DNA from: an uncultured Verrucomicrobiota bacterium
GTDB taxonomy: Bacteria; Verrucomicrobiota; Verrucomicrobiia; Opitutales; UBA9783
DNA: 64,000 nt
Direction: 5' to 3'
NCBI GenBank assembly: GCA_902495005.1
Contig: CABUVL010000001.1
Location: 311,017-375,016, forward strand
Shown piece by piece: positions 53,640-63,657 of the stretch. A model generated the notes under the pieces. That model saw only the letters and a list, made by a program, of their open reading frames with translations, was not told the DNA's origin and did no database searches. The position numbers were made by a program, and so were the translations under genes. Each line of letters starts with the position of its first letter. The stretch's first letter is position 1.

Positions 53640-55103
53640 TTACGCGCGTTTTCGTTGTTGGATGGCCCATTGGTAAACCTGCTCGTATTGTTTTGCGGAG
53701 TGATCCCAAGAGAAGTCTTGACTCATGGCTTGCTTTTGCATGCTGGCAAATGCTTGTGGCCTGTCGTAATAGGTGGAGCAAGCCCAGCCGATCGTATTGA
53801 AGAGAGCTTGGGATGTCAGGTCATTGAAGACGAATCCGGTACCGACGGCCGTTTTTTCATCGAAGGATTGGACGGTATCTGCAAGACCTCCCGTGTTGTG
53901 GACGATGGGTAAAGTTCCATAACGCATGGAATACATTTGATTAAGTCCGCACGGTTCAAAGCGGCTGGGCATGATGAAACAATCGGCGCCCGCTTCAATT
54001 AAGTGGGCCAGCTCTGCATTGTAACCGATGTGCACGCTCATTTGTTTGGGATGCTGACGGGCGATATCTCGGAAACGTTGTTCCCAATTGGCCTCGCCGC
54101 TTCCCAAAACGATGAGCTGAATGTCCATGTGTGAAAGTACCTGCGGAAGTATGTCGAGCAAAATGTCCAAGCCCTTTTGGTAATAAAGGCGACTAATAAT
54201 GCCAAAAATCGGGGTCCGTGGCGCGAGTCTAAGCTGGCACTGGCGCTGTAATTGCTCTTTGCAGATGGCCTTGCCAAATAAATTTTGCGCGGAGTAATTG
54301 GCCGGTAGGGAGGGATCGGAAGAGGGATCCCAAAGTTCGTCATCGATGCCGTTGAGTATGCCAACGAGATCCGCCGCTTTGAATTTTAATGTGTCCTGCA
54401 AGCCAAAACTAAGGGGGGCTTGTTGGATTTCTCTTGCGTAAGTTGGACTGACGGTCGTGACCTTAGTGGCGTGATAAATGGCACCCTTCATGCAATTGAC
54501 AGAGCCCATGGATTCAAGACTGTCGGCGCGGTATTCTGAAAATGGAATGCCCGCATAAGCGAGTAAATCAGGCGCAAAAATGCCCTGGTGTTCCAAATTG
54601 TGAATTGTGAATACCGTTGCCGCTTTGCCCAGAGGCTGATCCCGTTCGCAGGTATTTAACATAACGGGAATGAGCCCTGTCGTCCAGTCGTGACAGTGGA
54701 TCACATCGGGATGCCACTGCAAGTAATCGCACAAATCAAGCGCCGCCTTGCTGAAAAATGCAAAGCGTTCCCCGTTGTCAAAATGGGGGCCAAATGGTCC
54801 TCCATAGATGCCTTCGCGTTGAAAATAAGATTGGTACTCGATGAAATAATAAGTGATCTCGTTTTGTTTCGTTTCCCACAACCTGCACGTGTGAATTTGT
54901 TCGCCGAGGCGGACGGGGACATTGTCATAATGTTGCCAGTCGTCCTGCACCTGAATGGACCCGTACAGGGGTAAACAAACACGTACGTCGTGCCCTAGAC
55001 GCTTGAAATACTTGGGAAGCGCTCCGACGACGTCTCCAAGCCCGCCAACTTTGGCGTAGGGATGACATTCTGGACTTGCCATTAAGATTTTCATAAACGA
55101 CAC
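53640..55103 (-). CDS. glgA: glycogen synthase (ADP-glucose type)
   Basis: MKILMASPECHPYAKVGGLGDVVGALP N-terminus and C-terminal GT1 motifs (PSRFEPCGLNQMY, TGGLADTV). 487 aa. Confidence 0.95.
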   Translation of the reverse strand: MSFMKILMASPECHPYAKVGGLGDVVGALPKYFKRLGHDVRVCLPLYGSIQVQDDWQHYDNVPVRLGEQIHTCRLWETKQNEITYYFIEYQSYFQREGIYGGPFGPHFDNGERFAFFSKAALDLCDYLQWHPDVIHCHDWTTGLIPVMLNTCERDQPLGKAATVFTIHNLEHQGIFAPDLLAYAGIPFSEYRADSLESMGSVNCMKGAIYHATKVTTVSPTYAREIQQAPLSFGLQDTLKFKAADLVGILNGIDDELWDPSSDPSLPANYSAQNLFGKAICKEQLQRQCQLRLAPRTPIFGIISRLYYQKGLDILLDILPQVLSHMDIQLIVLGSGEANWEQRFRDIARQHPKQMSVHIGYNAELAHLIEAGADCFIMPSRFEPCGLNQMYSMRYGTLPIVHNTGGLADTVQSFDEKTAVGTGFVFNDLTSQALFNTIGWACSTYYDRPQAFASMQKQAMSQDFSWDHSAKQYEQVYQWAIQQRKRA

Positions 55104-55113
55104 AAACCCTTAC

Positions 55114-55142
55114 AGAGACGTATAAGAACTTCATACGTCTCT
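55114..55142 (-). terminator. 10-bp hairpin between eno and glgA (possible terminator/processing or stabiliser element)
   Basis: AGAGACGTAT-N9-ATACGTCTCT is a perfect stem. Only a weak T-rich tract follows on the minus strand (GTAAGGGTTTGTGTCGTTT). Confidence 0.4.
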
Positions 55143-55166
55143 CGTTTAATTAAATATGATAAAGCT

Positions 55167-56480
<1,314 letters not shown>

Positions 56481-56496
56481 TTATTTAATCATGAAA

Positions 56497-57357
56497 TTAA
56501 CGAAATAACAAGACAGAAATTTTGCAACGGCGTATTAAATCAGTGGTGGTGCTGCCAATGAGTAAATGCCGGATTGCACTGTGACCGTAGGCGCCCATGA
56601 TGAGCAAGTCGATGTGTTTTTGTACGGTGAAATTGGCAATTACGTCGCTGACGTCGCCGCTTAAAACAAAAGAATTGACTTGGTATTTAGCATCACTGAG
56701 GGCCTTTTCAACGCTTTTGATAGACTGCGTGCTTTCCGCAACACTCGCCTCATCGGGGCAAACGGTTAGCAGTGTAATTGAGAGGTCTTTGAAGATTTTT
56801 GTCCGCAGTAAAAATTGAATGGCCTGATGAACACTGGGACTTCCATCGTAAGCAATCAGAATGTTTTTGATAGGGATAAAGCTTCTGGCTGCCACCCAGC
56901 AGGGCCGTTTACTGGTTCGTACCAGGCGTTCCATGGAGGTGCCTAAGTGTTCCGTGTCGAAATTGGCGTTTTCACCACGTTTGCCTAAAATAACTAGGTC
57001 TACACCGATGGCGCTATTTTCAAATGATTGATAGGCATCAATTAAAGAACCTTTTTGCTGGCAAAAGGTGATTCTATCGAGAAGGCCGCGTTCTTTAAAG
57101 AACCTTTCCGTGTTGGATCGAATAACTCGTATCTTTTCTTCTTCGATGTTTTGTAATTGGGTATACAAGTTGTTGTAGGGTTGTGCTCCTAGGCTGCCTC
57201 CTAAATCTGCCAGCATCGAGATGTCAAATTGTCGAGAATCAGACACGTACAGGACGTTGGCAGGTGTATGGGTCTTTTGCATGAGCCAGGCGGCGTAATT
57301 AAAACAACTTTCCGTGTAAGGAAACGACCCATCGGTACAAACGAGTAAGCTCTTCAT
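56497..57357 (-). CDS. universal stress protein, tandem UspA domains
   Basis: Two Usp-like halves, each ending with a G-x2-G-x9-G(S/T)-type block (ILGKRGENANF..LGTSMERL; IMGAYGHSAIRHLLIGSTTTDL). 286 aa. Confidence 0.8.
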   Translation of the reverse strand: MKSLLVCTDGSFPYTESCFNYAAWLMQKTHTPANVLYVSDSRQFDISMLADLGGSLGAQPYNNLYTQLQNIEEEKIRVIRSNTERFFKERGLLDRITFCQQKGSLIDAYQSFENSAIGVDLVILGKRGENANFDTEHLGTSMERLVRTSKRPCWVAARSFIPIKNILIAYDGSPSVHQAIQFLLRTKIFKDLSITLLTVCPDEASVAESTQSIKSVEKALSDAKYQVNSFVLSGDVSDVIANFTVQKHIDLLIMGAYGHSAIRHLLIGSTTTDLIRRCKISVLLFR

Positions 57358-57440
57358 GCGTTAGATTATGTTGATGAACGGACATTGTTTCAATAGCAAA
57401 GTTGATGAATAATTGCGCTCATTGGCGCTCGTCAGCCTTG

Positions 57441-57857
57441 CTAGTGAAGTACGTTTACGAGGTAATCTCGAGCTGGAAGCGGTAAAAGCTGTGCGCTTGA
57501 AAGTTCGTGAATAGGAATCCAATGAAAGCTTAATTTGGGCTCTGTGGGAGATTGAAAATCGTCGTTTGGAAGTTCCGGGCTGTCTACTAAAAAGAGGAAA
57601 CTGTACTCGTGACAGGGACCTTGCTGCGCGTCGGTGAAGTGGCCTTCAAAGAATTGTAAAAATTTGCCAACTTTGCAAGAACAGGCGAGTTCTTCCTGCC
57701 ATTCTCTCTGCAGGGCTTGTGCTAAAGTTTCTCCAAATTCTACGTGTCCGCCCGGTAGGTAATAAGAAGAGGGCATGCGGGAGATTTTACAAGTCAGTAA
57801 ACGATTCTTGTGGACGTAGACCCCGCGTGAAATGACTTCAATCTCATTCATGTTCAC
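57441..57857 (-). CDS. NUDIX hydrolase
   Basis: Nudix box GGHVEFGETLAQALQREWQEELA (G-x5-E-x7-REUxEE). 138 aa. Confidence 0.85.
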   Translation of the reverse strand: MNMNEIEVISRGVYVHKNRLLTCKISRMPSSYYLPGGHVEFGETLAQALQREWQEELACSCKVGKFLQFFEGHFTDAQQGPCHEYSFLFLVDSPELPNDDFQSPTEPKLSFHWIPIHELSSAQLLPLPARDYLVNVLH

Positions 57858-58060
57858 GATGATGTCAGTAAATTACGTGTGATTCAATGACTTTTTTTAT
57901 GAATCGTGGCGCTGAATAATGCCGTAAGATGCCATTGTGCCGGTGTGTAAATTATGAGATTTTTTTAGGGAAAAACATCTGGTTGTGTTAGATGATGCAA
58001 TCGTAACTTGTAGGATGGCTGTTTTAAATTTTTGATGAACAATCAATTGAATGGCTTCAG

Positions 58061-58081
58061 CAAAATGGGCAAAAATGCCCC
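58061..58081 (-). terminator. weak rho-independent terminator downstream of the histidine kinase gene
   Basis: The minus strand reads GGGCA-TTTT-TGCCC followed by ATTTTG. It lies about 15 nt after the stop at 58095. Confidence 0.45.
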
Positions 58082-58094
58082 CTTACCCTTGAAC

Positions 58095-59264
58095 CTACGA
58101 CTCGGGCAATGTTTGATCCGCAAGTTTCTTGCGATACTTGTTGTCGAGGGGGAATTTTAGATAAATGACACTACCGAGCCCGGTCTTGCTTTCGATTTCG
58201 ACCGTGCCGCCGTGTTCTTTCATAATTCTTCTCACGATGAGCATGCCAATGCCGTGGCCCTGCGGTTTTGTACTGGAGGGCTGTGTGTTGAATAATTGAG
58301 CGGCTTGTGTGGATGACATGCCGGTGCCTGAGTCCGCAAAGGCGACGACGAGGTCACTCGCATCCGTAAATAGTGAAATACGAATCCAGCCGTCTGTGCC
58401 AATGGCCTCAATGGCATTCTTAATGAGGTTGAAAAACGCCTGATGTATGCGCGCTTCGTCTACCCTTGCATAAGGCAAGGAGCCTTGCGCCTTGAGTTCT
58501 ACGTTAATGTGAAGGTTGGATAATTGTGGCGATAGGATAGAGAGTACTTTTTCAACAAGTTTGACCAAGTCGGTCTCTTTCAGCTTGGGCGCTTGTGGCC
58601 TGACGGCTTGCAGGAAGTGCTTGATGATTTCATCCAAACGTTTGACTTCAGCAATGCAGACTTGCAAAGAATTTGAAAGCTCTTGCGGCAGAATTAAGTC
58701 GCGGGTTTGACGTTCTATAAGCTGCAAGTGAATGGCAATCGAGTTGAGGGGATTCCCCAATTCGTGTGCCACTTCGGCGGCCAGTTGAACGACGGAATCC
58801 AGTCGCTCTTGTACCAGTCGTTCTTCATTGTCTCTTGTTTCGTTTGTAATGTCGCGGAGGATAATGATAAATCGTTCTTCGTTTTTGCTGTTTTCGGTAA
58901 ATTTTTGCAAATGTAGTTTAATGAATCGTTTTTCCGGATACAGTAGATCTACTTCTTGTTCAATGAGATTTGGAGTGAGGGCATCTTCGCGAATGGAAAA
59001 TATTTTTTTTATGCTGGGAAGCCATTTCCAGATGGGGGTATTGGCGTGATCTTTTTCTTTAAATCCAAGAAGATGGCCGGCAGCTTGATTGCAAAACTCA
59101 ATGCTGCCGTTGGCGTTGACCAAAATAATCGCTTCTTGAAGAACGTTGAAAATGGATTCGAGCAATTGGCGTTCTTGGTCCACCCGTTGAATAAAGCTAT
59201 TAATTTCAGCTTTGTTGAGGGCTTCTAGCCGAGCGCAAAATTTTTCACTTACACTTTTTTTCAT
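58095..59264 (-). CDS. cytoplasmic PAS-domain sensor histidine kinase (NtrB/AtoS-like)
   Basis: PAS-like N-half (LQEAIILVNANGSIEFCNQAAGHLLG). H-box AAEVAHELGNPLNSI, N-box FNLIKNAIEA, G1 DSGTGM, G2 GHGIGM. No TM segments. Confidence 0.9.
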   Translation of the reverse strand: MKKSVSEKFCARLEALNKAEINSFIQRVDQERQLLESIFNVLQEAIILVNANGSIEFCNQAAGHLLGFKEKDHANTPIWKWLPSIKKIFSIREDALTPNLIEQEVDLLYPEKRFIKLHLQKFTENSKNEERFIIILRDITNETRDNEERLVQERLDSVVQLAAEVAHELGNPLNSIAIHLQLIERQTRDLILPQELSNSLQVCIAEVKRLDEIIKHFLQAVRPQAPKLKETDLVKLVEKVLSILSPQLSNLHINVELKAQGSLPYARVDEARIHQAFFNLIKNAIEAIGTDGWIRISLFTDASDLVVAFADSGTGMSSTQAAQLFNTQPSSTKPQGHGIGMLIVRRIMKEHGGTVEIESKTGLGSVIYLKFPLDNKYRKKLADQTLPES

Positions 59265-59725
59265 TAATTGGGCTCTTTAAAGATGTAACATTTCCCCGTT
59301 GTTTCATTAATTACAAACATCTTGCTAATTTTTTTGTTTACAAGAGCGAAATCAATGGCAGCAGAGTCACTTTTATTACTCTTCCAAATGAGGTAAATGT
59401 TATTGAGCGTCGACGAACTTACACCCGACCAATAGCCATCAAGGCTTGAATGGTCGGGATTAAATGGGTACCAGTAGGGTTGAAGCTTTTCAAAAGCGCT
59501 GGAGGATAATTTACCTTCTGCAATTGTTGGCATCGTCCCATACATCTCTTTGTAGGTGGCTAAAGCATTACGAAGCAGTAAGAGCTCTTGTGCAAAAACT
59601 TCCGCCCGGTGAGACTTTTGTACGTAGCGAATACTGAAAACACAACTGGATGTTAATATGCAGACGCAAAATAACACGAGGCATAGTTCAATAAAAGAAA
59701 ATCCATTTATGTGTTTTGTATTCAA
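59264..59725 (-). CDS. prepilin-type N-terminal cleavage/methylation domain protein (pseudopilin-like)
   Basis: GFSFIEL motif (G/F....E at +5) followed by a hydrophobic helix (CLVLFCVCILTSS). The ORF is open to 59800 (overlapping gpmA). The TTG at 59725 would give the canonical short leader MNTKHING. The stop overlaps the kinase ATG (TAATG). Confidence 0.7.
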   Translation of the reverse strand: MNTKHINGFSFIELCLVLFCVCILTSSCVFSIRYVQKSHRAEVFAQELLLLRNALATYKEMYGTMPTIAEGKLSSSAFEKLQPYWYPFNPDHSSLDGYWSGVSSSTLNNIYLIWKSNKSDSAAIDFALVNKKISKMFVINETTGKCYIFKEPN

Positions 59726-59738
59726 TGTAGAATTTATG

Positions 59739-60485
59739 TTAAGCGGTTTTGCCTTGATTTGCAACGGCGGCCTGTGCCTGTGCAATGTATGCGGCATCAC
59801 CCAGGTAATAGTGCTTAATGGGGCGTAAGTCCTTATCGAGTTCGTAAACCAATGGAATTCCGGTTGGAATGTTGAGGTTTACGATCGCTTCGTTCGATAA
59901 TTGATCGAGGTGTTGGACAAGTGCCCTGAGAGAATTACCGTGGGCGACGATGAGCAATTTTTTGTGATTTTGAATCTCGGGGGCTAAAGTGGAATTCCAA
60001 AATGGGAGCAAGCGTGCAGATGTGTCTTTTAAACATTCTGTCAGTGGCAGTTGTTCGCTGGGAATGCTTGCGTACATGGGCTGATGTCCAGGGTACCTGG
60101 GGTCATCTTTTTGTAACGCGGGGGGGCAAACGTCATAGCTCCTTCGCCAAATTTTGACTTGCTCTTCGCCAAATTTTTTGGCCGTTTCGCTTTTATTAAG
60201 GCCTTGCAATGCGCCGTAATGCCGTTCATTTAATTGCCAAGCGCGTTGTACGGGCAACCACATACAATCCATTTCGTCTAAAACAATCCACAAGGTTCGG
60301 ATGGCTCGTTTTAAGAGAGAGGTGTACGCTTTGTCAAATGTGAAATGGCGCTGTTTGAGAAGCTTGGCCGCTTGGATGGCTTCGGCTTTACCTTTGTCGG
60401 ATAAGTCTACATCTGTCCATCCGGTGAAACGGTTTTCTTTATTCCAAACACTTTCTCCGTGACGCAATAAAACTAAGTAATACAT
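59739..60485 (-). CDS. gpmA: 2,3-bisphosphoglycerate-dependent phosphoglycerate mutase
   Basis: [26 protein letters not shown], and a later AHGNSLRAL. 248 aa. Confidence 0.96.
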   Translation of the reverse strand: MYYLVLLRHGESVWNKENRFTGWTDVDLSDKGKAEAIQAAKLLKQRHFTFDKAYTSLLKRAIRTLWIVLDEMDCMWLPVQRAWQLNERHYGALQGLNKSETAKKFGEEQVKIWRRSYDVCPPALQKDDPRYPGHQPMYASIPSEQLPLTECLKDTSARLLPFWNSTLAPEIQNHKKLLIVAHGNSLRALVQHLDQLSNEAIVNLNIPTGIPLVYELDKDLRPIKHYYLGDAAYIAQAQAAVANQGKTA

Positions 60486-60530
60486 AGATATCTATATTGT
60501 GACGGTACTGTCGTTTGTACAAGGTTTATT

Positions 60531-61364
60531 TCATGATTGTTGGGTTGAAAGAGTAGGACTGTTACTGATGACTGTCGCGAGTTCTTTTAGAGGAGAACTT
60601 TCAAAACTGTTGATCAGGTCTTGGGTACTTGTTTCCACATCGACGTAATTCTTATTATTTAAGGCGTCTTCTATGAGAGAACTTCCGTCGTTTTCTTGTA
60701 CGCTACGCGTTTGAGTTTCCTCATCGGAAGTGGTTGCTTGAGTTGCTTCATCCACATTTTGTTCTGAATTTGCTTGCGAGTGTAATATAGCTGTACTCGT
60801 TTCGTCCGTTTGGTTAACTTCTCTGTCGTTTGCAACTGCTTGGGAAAGCACAATTGCATCGCGATGAATTTCGAAGTTAGCTACAGTTTTGAACTCTTTC
60901 TTAAGTTGGCTTAAGAATTCGTCAATGTCTTTGGAATCGATTGTAACTTTATTAACAACGGATAACATACCTAATACCAATGCACAAGCATGTGCGAGTA
61001 AACTAAGGCCCTTTCCAACAGCCCATTGTAACATGTTGGCCAGAGCATGGACAAAACTCTTAATGCCGGAAGCTTCACGAAACTTTTGGCATACACTTGA
61101 AAAGCTTTTGTGGCCCTTGTCGATGGTTTTAAGAATGAGATTTTTTAAATGTAAAACGTCATCTTTTATAATTTTTTCTACTGCTGTTTTTGCAAAAGCA
61201 GTGACGCCTTCTGGTAACACACGAGGGAGGGGTTTGCAAATTAAGTCTGTCAGTCGTTCACACGCTTTTGCAATTGCTGGGAATTCTGGCATTTGCACGG
61301 AGTCAGAAGCCGCAACATTACGTGTAGAGCTGAGAAAAGAACTCGCTTCAGTATTTATGTTCAT
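60531..61364 (-). CDS. hypothetical membrane-associated protein
   Basis: 277-aa ORF. Single long hydrophobic stretch split by KG (FVHALANMLQWAVG-KG-LSLLAHACALVLGMLSVV), followed by a S/T/E/Q/N/D-rich disordered tail. No recognisable domain. Confidence 0.55.
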   Translation of the reverse strand: MNINTEASSFLSSTRNVAASDSVQMPEFPAIAKACERLTDLICKPLPRVLPEGVTAFAKTAVEKIIKDDVLHLKNLILKTIDKGHKSFSSVCQKFREASGIKSFVHALANMLQWAVGKGLSLLAHACALVLGMLSVVNKVTIDSKDIDEFLSQLKKEFKTVANFEIHRDAIVLSQAVANDREVNQTDETSTAILHSQANSEQNVDEATQATTSDEETQTRSVQENDGSSLIEDALNNKNYVDVETSTQDLINSFESSPLKELATVISNSPTLSTQQS

Positions 61365-61482
61365 GAAACAATTATAAGAGAATTAAGTTGGGGAGGCAAG
61401 TGTATTTTTATAGGGTATTCCTGAATAAATCGTATTGACCGCTGGGAAGGAAATTCTAACCTAGGTTTCATCTGTTTATTTA

Positions 61483-62115
61483 ATGGAACAAGTTCCAAAT
61501 GAGAAGATGAATGTAAATGATGCGCTCGCACAAGAATCGGCGCGTGAGGATCTCTTGTGGCTCGGTAAAGTCAAAGAAGGGAATATGGGGGCATTTAATT
61601 GGTTGGTTCGCAAGTATCAAAGACGAATTTACGCCATCATTTACAACATTACTTCGAATAAGGAGGACACGGCAGATTTGACACAAGAGGTGTTTATCAA
61701 GGCGTTTAAATCGATTGATTCGTTTAAGGGCAGCTCTAATTTTTACACGTGGTTGTACCGCATCGCGCTTAACACGGCATTGTCGTTTGTAAAAAAGCAC
61801 CGCAGGACGCCTGTGTACAGTTTGGAAGATTGGGATAGCGTCGATGATCCGAAGCATATTATCAATGATATTGTAGGAGTAAGTGATGGAAATCGGCGCG
61901 TTTTATTAAAAGAATTACAAGAAAAATTGAACGAAGCGCTGCAAAAATTGTCTCTATCTCATAGAACGGTTATAATTTTATTTGAAATCGAAGGTATGAG
62001 TCACGCTGAGATTGCCGAAGTATTAAAATGTTCTGAGGGAACGGTGCGTTCACGTTTGCATTACGCCAAAGAACAATTGAAGAATTTTTTATCAGGGTAC
62101 TTAAATGAAAAATAA
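61483..62115 (+). CDS. ECF-type RNA polymerase sigma factor (sigma-70 family group 4)
   Basis: Region 2 (AFNWLVRKYQRRIYAIIYNIT..EDTADLTQEVFIKAF...FYTWLYRIALNTA) and a region 4 HTH (LSHRTVIILFEIEGMSHAEIAEVLKCSEGTVRSRLHYAKEQL). Confidence 0.9.
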   Translation: MEQVPNEKMNVNDALAQESAREDLLWLGKVKEGNMGAFNWLVRKYQRRIYAIIYNITSNKEDTADLTQEVFIKAFKSIDSFKGSSNFYTWLYRIALNTALSFVKKHRRTPVYSLEDWDSVDDPKHIINDIVGVSDGNRRVLLKELQEKLNEALQKLSLSHRTVIILFEIEGMSHAEIAEVLKCSEGTVRSRLHYAKEQLKNFLSGYLNEK

Positions 62116-62521
62116 ATTGAGAATTAGTTTGGAAGATTTATTGCATTTAAAAAGAAGTGAGATGCCGAACGAAGCATTTTGGCAAGATTTTGACAGGCGC
62201 TTGCAAGAACGTTTGCAGCTTGAGATAAACAATTCCGCTCGCTTACATTTCAAGGAAATCTTTTATCACTACCTTAAGCTATTATTTCGTTGGGCACCGG
62301 CCATGGCATGCGCGTTGATTTGTTTCGGCTACGCTTTTTTACAGGGGCTTAAACCCACGAATCGTTTTGTACTTGCAGAGGACAGGTATGTTCCAGTGCA
62401 AGACTTGAGGCAAGTTCCATTGAAGGCCTGTGATGCGCTTACGGCAATGCCTGTCAAAAAATTGATAGATGGCACGCAAAAAATGATTGCCATGAGCAGC
62501 CGAGATCGTTTTTCTTTTTAG
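62105..62521 (+). CDS. putative anti-sigma factor (single-pass membrane protein)
   Basis: 138 aa. Overlaps the sigma gene by 11 nt. Short cytoplasmic N-domain, one TM (WAPAMACALICFGYAFL). No zinc-binding HxxxCxxC motif. The call is by position only. Confidence 0.5.
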   Translation: MKNKLRISLEDLLHLKRSEMPNEAFWQDFDRRLQERLQLEINNSARLHFKEIFYHYLKLLFRWAPAMACALICFGYAFLQGLKPTNRFVLAEDRYVPVQDLRQVPLKACDALTAMPVKKLIDGTQKMIAMSSRDRFSF

Positions 62522-62523
62522 AC

Positions 62524-63504
62524 ATGCTGAATAGCTTAACGAAGTCTTTGTTGCTTATAGGCTTGTGTGTTCTTAATCAAAGGGGATTAGAGTTAACGGT
62601 TGTACAAGCTTGCGAAAAAAGTGCGTTGGTGGGCGTAGATGCGATAAAGGAGGTTTATCGTCAGTCAAATGAGAAGGTGGTCCTTGTCCGTAGCCAAACA
62701 AAAGACAACAAAGTTCAGTTGGCTACAGGCTTCTTCGTCAGTGAACTTGGGCATCTATTGACAACCGATTCGGAGGCCGATTCTTATCAAATCGAAATTG
62801 ATAAAAAATTGTATCCCGCAAAAAAATTGGCGGGTGACACGTGGAACAACGTTGCGTTGTTGCAATTGGAGTCAAGCCCAAAGGACCTGCCTTATGTTGC
62901 CTTACCGAGCGTTGGAAATTACCCACAAATAGGCGACGTTTTAATCAGCCTATCTTACAAGTTGGCCCTCAATGTTTCACCACAGTACGGTTATGTGACG
63001 GGCTTGAATGATCGTTATTTTGACATTGAATGGCCCACTACTCTGGTGCGCAGTACCTTGGCAATAGACGGAGCGGATTGCGGAGGGCCCGTATTTAATG
63101 AGGCAGGGCAATTACAAGGGATGCTATTGCACCCGTTGGCTGAAACAAAAGAAACTTATTTCATGCCCGTGTGCGCCTTGTATAAAATTTACAGCGATTT
63201 GTTGTTATTTGGACGCGTCCGTTATGGTTACATCGGGATAACAACGGAGGTTGTATTTGAAAAAGAGACGCAGCAGTTGTACTTGCAGGTGGTGGAGGTG
63301 CAGGCTGATTCCCCGGCGCAAAAGGCCGGTTTTAAGGTAAGTGATATCTTGCTCAAAATTGACGACACGCCCATTACGAGCAGGGAGACTTTTAAAAATT
63401 TTGTGTTTTTTTCACACCCTGGGCAAAACTTGAGCATAAAAATTCGTCGGGGCCAGCAGGAAAAAATATTGTCTGTGAAGGTCGTGGAAAAAGCGCGTGC
63501 TTGA
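62524..63504 (+). CDS. periplasmic trypsin-fold/PDZ protein (HtrA/DegS-like) with non-canonical catalytic triad
   Basis: Signal peptide. Protease-fold blocks GFFVSELGHLLTTDSEA, NNVALLQL and DGADCGGPVFNEAGQLQGML. C-terminal PDZ (GYIGITTE...VVEVQADSPAQKAGFKVSDILLKIDDTPI). Confidence 0.75.
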   Translation: MLNSLTKSLLLIGLCVLNQRGLELTVVQACEKSALVGVDAIKEVYRQSNEKVVLVRSQTKDNKVQLATGFFVSELGHLLTTDSEADSYQIEIDKKLYPAKKLAGDTWNNVALLQLESSPKDLPYVALPSVGNYPQIGDVLISLSYKLALNVSPQYGYVTGLNDRYFDIEWPTTLVRSTLAIDGADCGGPVFNEAGQLQGMLLHPLAETKETYFMPVCALYKIYSDLLLFGRVRYGYIGITTEVVFEKETQQLYLQVVEVQADSPAQKAGFKVSDILLKIDDTPITSRETFKNFVFFSHPGQNLSIKIRRGQQEKILSVKVVEKARA

Positions 63505-63657
63505 TCGCGGCTTAGCTCCATTACGTTGGGTGTAAAATGTGCTCACGGGGGCTACGATGGAATTTAAAAAATTTTTTCAACATTGGGATGTGGGGCATGA
63601 ATCAATAAGAACACGCCGTTTTACGCCGATGTAAGAGTCTTAACCAGAAGTGAGTAA

